This document shows, piece after piece, positions 11,467 through 23,601 of a DNA stretch of 64,000 nucleotides; the first letter of the stretch is position 1; the number at the start of each line of letters is the position of its first letter. Made by a program: the position numbers and the translations under genes. The notes beneath the pieces were generated by a model that had not been told where the DNA came from, did no database searches, and saw only the letters and a program-made list of their open reading frames with translations. Source of the DNA: Psammoneis japonica (Eukaryota); the NCBI GenBank assembly GCA_008632985.1, contig QPGO01000004.1, positions 868,001 through 932,000 on the forward strand, read 5' to 3'.

Positions 11467-14400
11467 TCGAGGGAGGATTAGGAATGGCGCTACGAGAGCC
11501 AATCAGAATTCAGCATTTGGGATTTCTACTTATAGGGGGCCCTCGGAAAGTCGAGGACTTTCCGACTAATTAATTAACATTTTTTCGGAAAATCTGACGC
11601 AATCATTTATAGACGAGGAGGCTGAGACAACTCTCCAAAATCAGACACAAGAATCAAAATGATGCGGAGACCGAAATCATCTTCTTTTCGCGCCACGGAA
11701 AAACACAACAACACAGACTTCTGTCGCGATGAGAAAAATTCTCTCACAAAAAAAACCCACGAGAGAGAAAAGTACAATCTCTACTGGTGCTTCGATGATG
11801 ACCGACGTTGAAGAAGAATCAGCTCCACTAAAAGTGGCTACACAGCAGCAGCTGCATCCTTTCTTTATCAACATGGGCATTCAATCCCAGAAGCGCAAAG
11901 GCTCCATTAAAACGAGCAAAAGTCAAGCGCAGACACGTAAGAAGCGCACGCAACAGAGCGACTCAAGTGGGCGCAAGGTGCCAAGAGTAGACGACGGAAC
12001 AAAGAAATGCAAGAGGTGTGAGAATGGGCCTGCATGCCATCATGGTCACGATCCCACGTGCAAGTTTTCGAAACGATACATGCAAATCAATGTCACCGCG
12101 GCTACGAAAGATGCAGAGCGACGGGAAAAAGAGCTCCATGAAAAGAACAATACGATCCCAGCCGCCCCACAGAAAGGAGTTTCTACCATGGAAGACCATT
12201 TTGAAATTAAAGAATCAAACAGTCGAGCTCCATTGCCTCCTCCCGGTGATTCAAACTTTTGCAAGCCCGTGAATCTGGGAGCGTCCAGTTCTACCGTCGC
12301 AAGCAACCCGAATCTTTTTGATGCCGCAAGGAATACAAAATTCTCGGTTGAGACGTTGAAAAAAGAGATTCGAGCACGAGTGAAAAAGTATGAGAACTCG
12401 GAGGAGAAGACAAAGTGCCCGGCTGCAGTGAGTGCTCTTATCAGTTATCTGTTGGATTCTGTCAAGCCCAGATTTGATCAGGGCAGCAACACGCATCCTG
12501 TTGCTACAGCAAAAAGCACTGAGCTCAAAGAGATTCTGGAGGTCAAGGATGGTACCTTTCCGCCTGGTACAATATCGTTTCAAGTTCCCAAGGATGACTG
12601 CACTTCACCGCCTGATTATTACTACCACCAGCTGCAGGGTATGATAATATACATCGTTTGTTGGGAGCTGAATTGTCCTAACATCTACATTTCCTGTATT
12701 GACGGAGAGTGTGACGGGGAGATGATTCATGACCGTATGGACTTTACTCGATACGGTGGGGCGACGCCAATATATTGCATCAGCGGTAAGACTCATGTGG
12801 CAGTGTCAATGTGGTATGAGTGCAACAAATGCAAGACGCGATGCAAGGGCAACGACGGTCGACTGCTACACAAGTTACCAAAAAGCCTTCAATCATCGTA
12901 TCCAACTGAGCCAAAGTATGCCAGCGCAACCAACAAATGGCACCTTACAAGGGAAACCACAAGGCTATTTGAATCCTTTCTTGTCACGTACGCAAACGGC
13001 GATAAGTTTTCTCACACGCTACACCAGATGCGAGCTGCCTATTTCGAGGATCTCCAGAAAGAGTATTATCAACGAGCCAACGATGAATCAGGTGACTGGA
13101 TATCTTTCTACGAGTGGATTGGCAGCTACAGTCCATCAGGTTCTGCGATTCTTGATCTTTATGATGAATCTGGCGCATCGGAATTGACAGCTCTTGATAC
13201 GTCATCATACTCCAGATGTACAAGATTGATCCAGATGGTGGGAGCATCAATGAGCGTGGCTTCTGACCACACTTTTCAAATTCTCAAGAATTATACAAAG
13301 AAAGGTGGTGGAGCGGCGGCAGGACTATTTACTATGTGCAACGAAAAGGGACAGGTTGGAGTTGCTTGTCTGACACCGACGTTGGAAGCAAAAGATTTTG
13401 CTCACGCAGCCGAGCAGTTCGCGAGGCGAAAGAACGTGCGTCCAAAAATCCATTACAGCGACACTTGGCCGAATAAGTCATCGTTATGGAAGGTGTTATT
13501 TGGAGGTTACATAGTATGCCGTTTGGGTCTCTTTCACTGGATGCACCGTATTGTACAGACACTTCGAAAAGACCACGTCGACTATCATCAAGCAGTTCGG
13601 GACCTTCGAGCTACAGTTTCATACACCGAGTGGTCGGACCGCCAAGCAGTAATACAAGCCCTCAAGGATGGAACTCTCAATGGCAAAAAGCACACGGATG
13701 CAGAAATAGATGAGATCATCCATTCTTCCAGGTGGAAGCACTACTCAGAATACATGCGCATTTGGAGGCATCCGCTGGAAAAGAGAATCAGCTTGCTTGA
13801 CGATTGGCACGCCCGATATAAGTGTACGGCTTCTGATGGATCGCGACCCGCTGGGGGACGTCTTGATCCAAACAGTGGTTTGACACTCTTTACAAGTGAT
13901 ACAAAGGATGCCGTGGCAAATGGAAGAGAAACATCCAAGGGATTGGACGTTCCAGTGCCAAAGTCAGAGCAGTACTGGCCAGTGGCTCCATCGCTCCGTT
14001 CAAGAGCGAAGCTGGTGAAGTGGCGGACATTACTCGGGCCGGAGTCAAAGTTGGAAAAGGCTCATGATTCGCTGGCTCATTATGGAACTGTGGGATGCGA
14101 GATTCATTGATGGATTTGATCACTCTGGAAGGTTTGGTTCTCTACAACGCTACAATTGAAGAAAAGGAACGCGTTGAACGAATGAATCCAGAGACTCGAG
14201 CAAAGATTCCATACGATTTTCGGGGTGTGGTTACTCATCGGAACGTGCTCAATCTAATCGAAATCAACAAGCTAGCAACAAAGAAGGGGAAGAAAGCGCC
14301 CTATCCAGATGTAAGGGAACTCGAGGCGGACACCGGCGAGCGTTTTCTGTCCAAGTACCTGCGGGAGCAGAATGCTAGAAATGAAACAATTACTCCACAC

Positions 14401-16225
14401 CCGGAGACGGATCGATGTATGTGCAATATCTGTGGGACAAAGCCAGTGACAAATCCATACAAGCGAACAACAAGATCAGTTGTTGGAAACGGCAACGATG
14501 GAGAAACTACAGCAGTGGCAAGCGTTCGACCGGCTAGTGGTTTTGTGGAAATTGTGGCGGCTCCTCAGGTGGGGGTTGAATCTATGTGTGTGAATGACAC
14601 ACCATTACTTAACGCGGCTCACGTTCGAGTCGAGGAGCAGTTCAACATGTTGCAAGCCGTGAGAAGCGCCCTGTCACAACAAGTTGCCATTGCATCGAGC
14701 ATGAGCGCATCCCTCCCATCTGTTCCATATCAAGTGCAACCGGCTCTTTCAAATCTTAATGATCTGATACGGGATCAGAGGAAGCAAGACATTGATCCAT
14801 ACTGTTGTCCTGTCTTCCTACAATACAAGCTGCAGCAAAGCTACAGTGTGACGGGGTGCCGACCAAGAGGTCGACCAGCGCATTCTAAGGATTGCCCAAA
14901 GAGACAGCAGTCAAGGAGGTAGATGTTATCATTACTAGGCATACTTTATGTATTACTACTTTTGTTGACATTCTCGTGAGATAGCTACTACTCGTAGAAG
15001 CGATCTAGCCTAGAGACGCACAGTAGTGTTTTCGAAACAGAGCTGAGTTTCCATGAGTTACGAATTCACTATTTTATTTCTTATCTACCACACTTCTATA
15101 ACTATTGGTTGTTGTGTCCTCCACATACTTCATCACAATACCACACTCAAATACCACCTTTCAAGGGCAGGTGAACCCTATCGCAACGGAGATTCGGGTC
15201 TGCGGCGGTTGAAGGCACTCCCGTCCTTGGAAGCACCAGTCAACGCCTCACCGGGGGGCAACCCCTTGGCTCTCGTTGGCCGTCTCAATGTTCAGAGGTG
15301 GGGCCACATGAACATTATTGCAGAAAAAAAATTACCGAGGCGCTGCTGCAGTCAGCAACCTCGGCAGTAGCCCGTGTTATTTAAAGACGAGGGCAACCTC
15401 GTCTGCCGCTTATACACGGACTTTTCCAAAAGTGGTAGATTGTAGATTACCAGCCAAAACAAACCACACCCACAACCAACATGTGACATCCATTCCATCA
15501 TATCCCGGTCAACAGCGCTTGTGGTGCCGCCGCACTCAGCAATTCCAATGAACCCTGAAAAGCCACCACTCCAACAACTTCTAAAGCCTCGTCAACGAAG
15601 GGTGAACACTCGGCTGAAGCCAAAAAGGCAACAATACAAAGCATCAGCATGAGAGACGCCATGAATGATCAATGCTTAAAGGAGGGCTCTTCAATCTGTC
15701 AAGAACGAACAGAAATTGCAACGCAAGAGCGGTGAGAGACGAGTTCAAAAAATGGAAAAAGTACCAAGCATTTCTTATCCATTTTTCACGTTTTTCATAC
15801 ATCTCTTTTCGTATATTCATTCATCAGAGAGAGTTTTAATGCGTGCTTTGTTGTCACAACAGTATCACAAGTGACGGCGACAATTTCGACTACCGGCTCT
15901 TGCAGCTCTCATGGTCGATTTTTTGTGTGGTGTCGGAGGGAAACTCCTGAATTGCGTAGATTTCTACGTAAAATTCATACTAGAGATACTTCAACACTAC
16001 AATGTCTCGATCTGTGTCACCACACCAAATTACTTCAACATGGGAGCACCCGGAGATCTGACACATCGGGTGGTGAAACGGGAGAAAGAATTGACGATGG
16101 CTCTTCAAACCACTTCTGCCTTTTAGATCAAGCTCGCTGCCCTCGCAACCCCTTCCTCTCTCCTTCCTTTCTCTCCTCCTCCTCCTTCTTTCTCCTCTCC
16201 CCTCCCCCCCTCTCTTGGAGTCACT
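11467..16225 (+). repeat. Copy 2 of the ~4.77-kb tandem unit, ending at an assembly gap
   Basis: Starts tcgagggaggattaggaatgg at 11467; colinear with copy 1 up to the Ns at 16226. Confidence 0.97.
11729..14922 (+). CDS. ~1060-aa DDE-transposase-like protein (RNase H fold, Mutator-like motif order), copy 2, with one 1-bp frameshift near 14085
   Basis: Candidate triad SDHTF (D), YSDTWP (D), SKLEKAH (E), with LGLFHW between the second D and the E; CNEKGQV strand; Zn-binding clusters CKRC..H.H..C, CIDGEC..CNKC and a C-terminal CC..H..C. Confidence 0.7.
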
Positions 16226-16393
16226 NNNNNNNNNNNNNNCCCCTCTGGTGCACAGCAGTCAGCAGTCGCCATTTCATACCGTGTAGTGTGTTCAGGATTG
16301 CGTGTGAACAGCAACAACACCACTCCGCGTCTGAAACTGTTGTACTACTATTGAGCTTACTATTGACAATCTTGACTGAAAGAAGAAGTGGCA

Positions 16394-19300
16394 ATGTCTT
16401 CTGAAGATCCCGCTGAGGCGGCGCAACATCTCGCGACACAGAGCAACGTTGACGCTGTTTTTGCCGACCTGGAAGAACGGCATGTTGCCGTCGAAAAGGA
16501 GAGAGACGAGTTGCGGGAAAGAGCAGAATCTCTGGAGGGAGTTGTAAAGGAAATTCGGGCCGAACTATCTGCTCGAGATGATTCTCTTCGTTCGATGGAA
16601 TCCGAATTGGCCGCGGCCAAGCGAGAGAGACAGGTGTTCGAAGATACGGCGCTCACCTCTGAGGCCAGTCAAAAGACACAGCAAGAGCGTATGGATCGTA
16701 TGGAGGCGGAAGCAGATGCCCTCCGTGAAGAGATTACTCGCTTGACTGAGTCCAACAAGGAAATGGCGGCCAAGCTTGCCGAGGCGGACACCAAGAAGCT
16801 TTTGTCGTCTTCTGCAGCCATTCCGCTTCAGTACGAGCTAGAGCGGGCCCGAAAGGAACTCGACTCATTATCAGCCCATAACAAGTGGTTGGAAAGCGAG
16901 CTTACAGCCAAGAGCAATCAGCTCACTACGTGTAAAACGGATCATAGCAAGGAGATTATTGATTTAAGGTCCAAGCTCGACAAGGCCGTGGCAGACATGG
17001 AACTTGCGACTTCCCAAGAAGAAACGCTCGTGCGTACGCAAGAAGAACTTCAGGCCAAGGTGGAGCAGCTTTCCACTCAACTTTTCCAACAGAAGCAGGA
17101 GGCTACGGATAAGGCTCTTGCCAAAGAGGACGAGCTTGAGGCCGAGCGACGGCTGACCGCACTACAGAAGGAGCAGCTCGAGCGAATGGATCATCGCTAC
17201 AATGATGTCATCAGGCAGAACAAGCAAATGAAAGAGCTTGCTTCGCAAGCTGCCGCAGAGTCTCGGACAGAACGGGAACGAGTCCGGGAAGATCTTCTGA
17301 AAGAGTCCAAGGCGGCGCTTGAGCAGCAGGCTGAGGAATATGCTCAGAGAGTTGAAGAGCTGGAGAAGCAGCTCGAGGACTCGAATCGACGAAGGATCGA
17401 GGCCGAGGGCGGACTCTTGGCGTCCCCCCCATCTAGACGATCCCGTGCCTTGTTGCCACCCGAAAGGGATTCAGGAGAACGTCTACAAGGCGAACAGGAA
17501 CCTGTAGGTTTGACGGAGCTGTATGCCCGCTTGTCGGAGCGGGAGGATGAGCTGCGCGCAGAGACGATCGAGAGGCGTCGCCTCGAGCTCTACCAAGAAA
17601 AGATCATGGCTCAAATAGAAGCCCAGGCCCCTGTATTGCTGAGACAAAGACAAGAATACGATTTGGCCATGAAGAAACATCAAGAATTATCCGCTCGTCT
17701 CGAAGAGGCGTTTGATGAAACGGCGGCCGCCAAGACGGAAGCGTCAGACCTCCAACGCGAAAACTCTTCGTTACAGAAGAAGGTTGGCGAAATGGAACAA
17801 GAGAATATGGATCTCGCCAAGCAGGTCCAGCACTTGCTACAAAAAATCTCTGGCGACGGAGGAGCGTCCACCCAAGACACAGAAGGGGATGATGTTCCCG
17901 TGTTCGCTAATGTGGAAGAAATCCAGAAACAGAACCAACGTCTCTTGAAGGAACATCGTCGTCTCACAAACACTGTGGCCGAGTTGGAACAGAAGCTCGA
18001 GACGGAGCCTTTGCTGGTGCAATTGGAAGAGAAAAAGCAAGAATTGTCTACTCTTCGCCAAGATCAAAAGCGGCAGGAAACCCTTGTCGCGGGGATTGTG
18101 CAGCAGCGGGACCTCTACCGAGCTCTTCTCGCGAAGCACGATAGCAGCATCATCGAAGGCGGAGATGGTGCCGGTCCTACTGGCGATGATGCCACTGCTT
18201 TAATCCTTGCACAGCAAAAAGAAAAGACGAGGGAAGTTGAATCGAAGAATCGTCAATTGGAAGACGACTTAGCAAAGGTGAAAGCGGAGTCGAGCGCCGC
18301 GAATCTTGCCAAGGAGGCAGCGGAGGAGCGGCTTGCGAGATACGATGCACATTCACTGGAACTGACAAACTCGGTCGATAGGTTACAATCTCAGCTCTCA
18401 GCCGCCAATGCAGCGACTGCACGTAGCGACGCGGAGGCTTCTTATCACCGGGAGAAGTGTGTCAGACTTGAGGAAAGCCTCCAGCTCTCCCGTTCTGAGA
18501 CGACCCGAGCCAATGAGGCCAAGAGGGAAATGCAAAATGTCAACGCGGAATTGCAACAAGCAGTCGCCAAGGCGAATGCCGATGCCGGAAAATACGAGCA
18601 ACAGCCCGACAGGTGAGCGAAGTGAAGCGACGTTTGTTTCTTTTTTTAAAATACATTGCCACCATTGAATCTCACACCGTCCTTTGCGATTTTTATCAGG
18701 CTTCTATGAAACTTCGTCTTGCAGAAACACAGGTAGAGACGGCAAAGTCTGCTGAGGCACGCATTGCTCTCGAGACAAACTCGCTTCGTTCAGAGCTGGC
18801 ACGGCAGGGGGCTCTCCTAGATTCCGTGCAACGCATCGAAGCGAGCTTGTCAGCGAAGAATGAAGAAGATAAGAAGAAGCTTGCGGAAGATTTAGAACGG
18901 CTTTCGCAAGAGCTTGCTTCGGAAAAAGCAAAGAGTTCGGTTGAATTGGAGAACCATGTAAGCAGGGTTCGTGAGCTCGAAGCAACAATGAAAGAAACGG
19001 AGAAAAAGAAGGACGATGCAATGTCGGAGCTACTTCAGGCGAAGGAAAACGCTTTGAAAGTGACATCAGAGACGCAGGCGTTATCAGCAAAGTGCTCTCG
19101 ACTGGAGAGCGAGCTTCGTATTGCCAAGACGAAATTGGGAGAGGGAGATGTAGAGACCGAAGAAGAACAGACGATGCAGGCTCGGATTGAGGTCCTTACG
19201 GCTGAGCTTGACTCAACTCGGTCAGAAGTGACCGCCGCAAAGGAGCGAGTTACAATGTACCAGAACATCTCAAAGGAGAGCGAAGAAGCTCTCGCCGACC

Positions 19301-22300
19301 TGAACAAGGCAGCAGAAGAGTACAAGAAGACTCACGCGGAAGAAATGGATCAAGCTCAAAAGGAGATCGACTCGCTCAAGGCGGCGAGTGAGGCCAGGCA
19401 AGAGATGATTGCTGAACTCACGCGAGATCTGTCCAGCCAAAGAGGCGAACAAGAAAAGATTGTTTCTGAGCTGAAGGTACAGATCGAATCTCTCAAAGAA
19501 GAGGCCCAGACTTTCAAGAAAGATGCTGAGTCTGCCGCAGCTCGCTACGCATCTCTAGAGGCTGACATGACGAGCTACCGCGAGAGTGCCACTTCCGCTC
19601 AGGTAAGGATCTGTGCTTTGTCGTCCATCTCGTTCTGTTGCTTGTGCCATATCGCTAACTTTTGCCCTTCTCCGCCGCCCTTTAGAACAATTACGAGAGA
19701 GAACTTGCGCTCCATGCAGCAGCACGCACTGACCTTCGCTCTGCCAGGGAAGAGGCTGACTCCGAAATTCGTCTTCGAAAGATTGCCGAAGAGCAGTTGG
19801 AGAGTTTGAACATGGAGCGGAATGAGGAACGCGAAGCATGGGGAGAAGAAAGGGGGGCGATGGAAAGAAGATTGAAGGAAGCAGAAAAAAGCTTAGAGGA
19901 TTCTCGCTCGCAGAACAATAATTTACACAGTCAGTTGGCAACGCTAGGCGAGATGCTAGAAAAGACACAATCCGAAAAGATTTCAGCTGTCTCGAATGAA
20001 GTCAAGGAAGGTAATGAACCAGGCGATCATGGTGAGGAGTTGAACAATCTTCGAAAGATTGTTTCGGAGCAAAGAGAAGTTGTCAGCTTCATGCGATCGG
20101 AGCGCGAAATGATTCAAGCCCAGCTTGATGCAGCCCGTCGCACTGCAGAGAGAGAACGTGCTGCGTTCGAGGTTTCTCAGCGAAATTTAGACGAAGCTCG
20201 CGCCGAGCTGACACTGTTACAATCAGAACAGGATAGTTCTACCGCAAATACCGATAAGGCACGGGAGCTAGAAGGCAAACTGAAACAATCTGGAGAGCAA
20301 TTGACGCTGCTTCGCGAGAGCAACAAACTTCTTCGTGAGGAGGCTGAAAAAATGGGAGCGTCCCTTTCTTCAGCTGAAGCTGAGCTGGAAAACATCAAGA
20401 AGTCTACCGAACCGACTGAGGCGAGTCGTCGCAAGCTCGAAATAGAGAAAGCAGCACTCGAAGCCGAAAAGGCCAGTCTTCTGCGCGAAATCGACGATTG
20501 GAAAGGTCGAGTGCAGAGTTTAGTCTCCAAGTTCCATCAAGTAAGCTCGTGACCACATCTTTGTTGTCATTGTCTTCTTTGATGCGTTCTTAACATATTC
20601 TCTTCTTTCCGTTGCAGATCGATCCGGATGAACACGAAAAGGTTAAAGGACAAGTCGAACAATTGCGAAAAGAGTGCGAGCAGCTGAAGAATCAGAAGGC
20701 TAACAGCGAGAAGGAAACCAGCAATGCGAAGCTTTTATTATCTCGTGTGAACAAAGAGCTTTCGCAGCAACGGGCACTCGTGGAAACGCAGCGCAAAAGC
20801 ATTTCAAAGTTGTCGGCAGAGAGAGAAGAAGCGGCTAAATCATCCAAAGCTTCGGTGCAGGCAAAGAAGGAAGTCGAAATGCTGAAGATTGAGGTGCAGA
20901 AAATGAAAGCGGAAGCTTCGTCTAGAGATACCGAGCTGAAAGGCGCAAACGAGCGGAACGAGTCTCTGAAGACGATGATGCGTCAATTAATGAAGAATAT
21001 GCAGGATGCGAAGAAGGAACGCGACGATGCAAAATCGAAGCTGAAGGAGTTGGAGAGAATGAAAGCTACCGAACGTCCTTCAGTGCCCCCTGCTTCTGCG
21101 AAACAAGGAGACCAGCAGGAGAAGGTAGATCTTAAGGGCCCTAGCTCGTCTGTCGTTGGCAAGGCAAGCGGCGTGCCGGTAGCAGCAACCACAGAAGTTT
21201 CTCAGAAAGAAGAAACTAAACTGCTTCCTCGCATTCCGCCTGGTGGGTTCAAATATGGCCCAGGGGTCAAAAGGCAAGGCACCGACAAACCTATACAGGT
21301 AGACAGCGTCATGGCCGATTCACACCAACAAAAAGCGAAAGACAAGGTCGTGGAGCCAGCTACGATTCCAGCCAGCTCGGCTCTTGGTGACACTACCAAC
21401 CCCCAGGCTTCCGAAGCTCCAATTGCGAAAGATATCAAAGAGAAAGCTGTTACTTCCAGAGTTCCCAAGAAGAGCGTCAGTAAGCATGCGGAGGCGCCCG
21501 GGGCTGCAAATTCCAAGGTAGACGGACGGAAGAAGCGCAAAGAGGAAGAGGAGGAAATAACACAGGAGCTTTCCATGCGGCAGAAGCTTATGGAGAAGAA
21601 AAGGCGCCTAGCAGAGCTGAAGAAAGCGAAAGAAGCCGCGGAATCCTCCGAAGAGAAGACGGAGCGCAACGAGGACAGCACAACGGAACCAATTGCCAAG
21701 AAGGCGAAACTTTCCGCGGGAGCGAAGCCTTTCACACCCGCTCAAACTAGCGATAAAGCCCCTCCTGCTAGTACAGAAGAAGCAGTAGGTACAGGAGAAG
21801 CATCTATCACATCGTCGTCGCACACCGAAAAAGAGACGAGAGAAGATAAGATGCCTCCGACTGAATCCGAAACCTCCCCAGAAAAGGGAGCGCAGTCTCC
21901 CGACGAAGCTGCCCTGCCCGCTGAAGTAGAGGAGACGCAAGAAGAAACTGGTGATTCCGCTTTTGCCCCGCCAAAAAAACAAACGCTACCACCACTTCAA
22001 GAGGAGCAGAATCTCACGGATTCTGATGCAAAGCAAGCTGATGTCGATGATTCACAACAGCCAGTCTCAGCGCCGGAAAGCGACAACCAGGTGTCTGAAA
22101 TGAAAACTGGCGACAGCGCCGTTGGTGGAGTTTCTCCGTTCGGCGGCGTGGGTACTAGCAGCCAGCCAATTGTATTTGGCAGCAGTACCAGCCTTGCTCA
22201 GTCTGGTGCTCCAGCGACGTTCGGCACAAACGCAGGTAGCTCCTTCCTCGACATCAAGCCGCCTGGGTCATCCGCTACAGGGCCTTTCAAATTTGGTTCC

Positions 22301-22558
22301 TCGGAATCAATCACGCTTCCACTGCCATCCCAAAAAGCTCCGAATGCTCCCTCTTTCGGAATATTTGGACAGCAATCCTCAAGCGCCTCCAATCCGTTTG
22401 GCGGTACTCCATCGCAGGCGAAACCGCTCTTCGGCAGCGCCACAACCGAACACGTAGACGAGGTAGAAGAGGATCAAGGCGATGAGCAGAAGATTGAGTC
22501 AGTAGGTGAGAATGGACAGGAGGGTGACGAAGGCGATGAAGAAGATGCGCAGGACTAG
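16394..22558 (+). CDS. TPR: Nuclear basket nucleoporin TPR/Mlp1, 4 exons
   Basis: Long coiled coil with QQRDLYRALL, AQNNYERELALHA (spliced), LLRESNKLLR and W..R...L..KF..IDP motifs and an FG-containing tail; introns at about 18613-18699, 19603-19685 and 20541-20617. Confidence 0.92.
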
Positions 22559-22662
22559 TCATCTGTGATAATGAATCACGGGGAAAGGTGATTATTAGTA
22601 GCAATTTTCAGTAGTCTATCGCCGTTTCCATCCTTTTCTTTCGACTCGGACAACAGGAGCTA

Positions 22663-23269
22663 TTAGTCATAATTGCTGCTGTCCGGTTCACCAGGCTTCG
22701 CTTCGAAACAATTCCTCTGCGCGTCATTTAAACCTTTGCGTGCTTCTACTTCATCAATTCGATGTTTCGTCCAGTATTTATCTCCAATCCATAATACAGG
22801 TATGTCCCATTTGTATTTAGAAAAGAATTCAGCGTTTTGCTCGTCCGTTATGTCGACGGCCTCAAGCGTATGCGGTAGATCATCTCTTAGAGACTGCAGC
22901 ACCTACGGTACAGTTATAGATAAACCAATAGTGAAAATCTATGAGATTTCGACATGGGGGGGTCGTTTTCAAATCCGTAGAAAACTCTAAGCACAATACC
23001 TCCGAGACTTTGTCGCAAAGTGTGCAACCGTGCTTTGTAAACAACTTCACCACGGGAGCATCTCTCTCATCGGAAGAGTAGATGGTTCCACTGACACTTT
23101 GTCGCGGAGAATCTGGGATTTGATCTGAACTCGCAAAATTTCTAGATATGCATTTCCTCCCGTTCTTGAAATAGTAGGAACATCCAAATCGCCGTTCTGC
23201 CTGTACAAGGATTCCTACTTTGGATGGGACGAAGGCAAGTGTCCGCGAATAAGTTGCAACTGCGAGCAT
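22663..23269 (-). CDS. Glutaredoxin-like (DUF836-type) protein, 2 exons
   Basis: LFTKHGCTLCD, VDITD...KYKWDIPVL...KHR. Confidence 0.88.
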
Positions 23270-23601
23270 GGTGTAAAGAATACTACTGCCATATCCTTCC
23301 TATGAGCTTCACTCTAGTGCATGAGTTTTGTCGCGCCGCTAGTGGCCTGGACTTCTTCGCTGTTGTTGATACGCTGTGTTTTGCGTTACAGGTATTGGGT
23401 GTTGAATGCTGTCGGCTGTCTTTGAATTGAGAATGCGCCATGGTCGGTTTATCTTCAGTCTGCGGTCGAGGGCGGGCGGCAAGCAGACGCGCGGACGAAA
23501 GTTCGCGCCCTTTTTTGCGCGACAAGGATCATGCAGCCGACCACTCCGACTAGATACTCTAGCCCAAAGCAAGCTGAAAAGCCATTCAACCCATATCTAA
23601 T

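Larger units (their letters stand above)
4082..16253. mobile_element. Putative composite element: tyrosine recombinase plus tandem DDE-like units (boundaries tentative)
   Basis: Transposon-type ORFs inserted between two divergent host genes; GTGCAC at 4082/4089 and 16248; N-gap at 16226-16239. Confidence 0.5.

Noticed and set aside
6960..14100. Programmed frameshifting in the DDE-like ORFs
   Set aside because: The 1-bp indels differ between copies and mostly sit in homopolymers (for example GGG/GG near 14085, CCC/CC near 7490), consistent with sequencing error or decay.
6693..16225. Classical fungal-type RIP (CpA->TpA) as the cause of the differences between copies
   Set aside because: The TA-rich copy has the open frame with no new stop codons, old repeats are TA-poor rather than TA-rich, and conserved Tyr are lost, so the polarity is the reverse.
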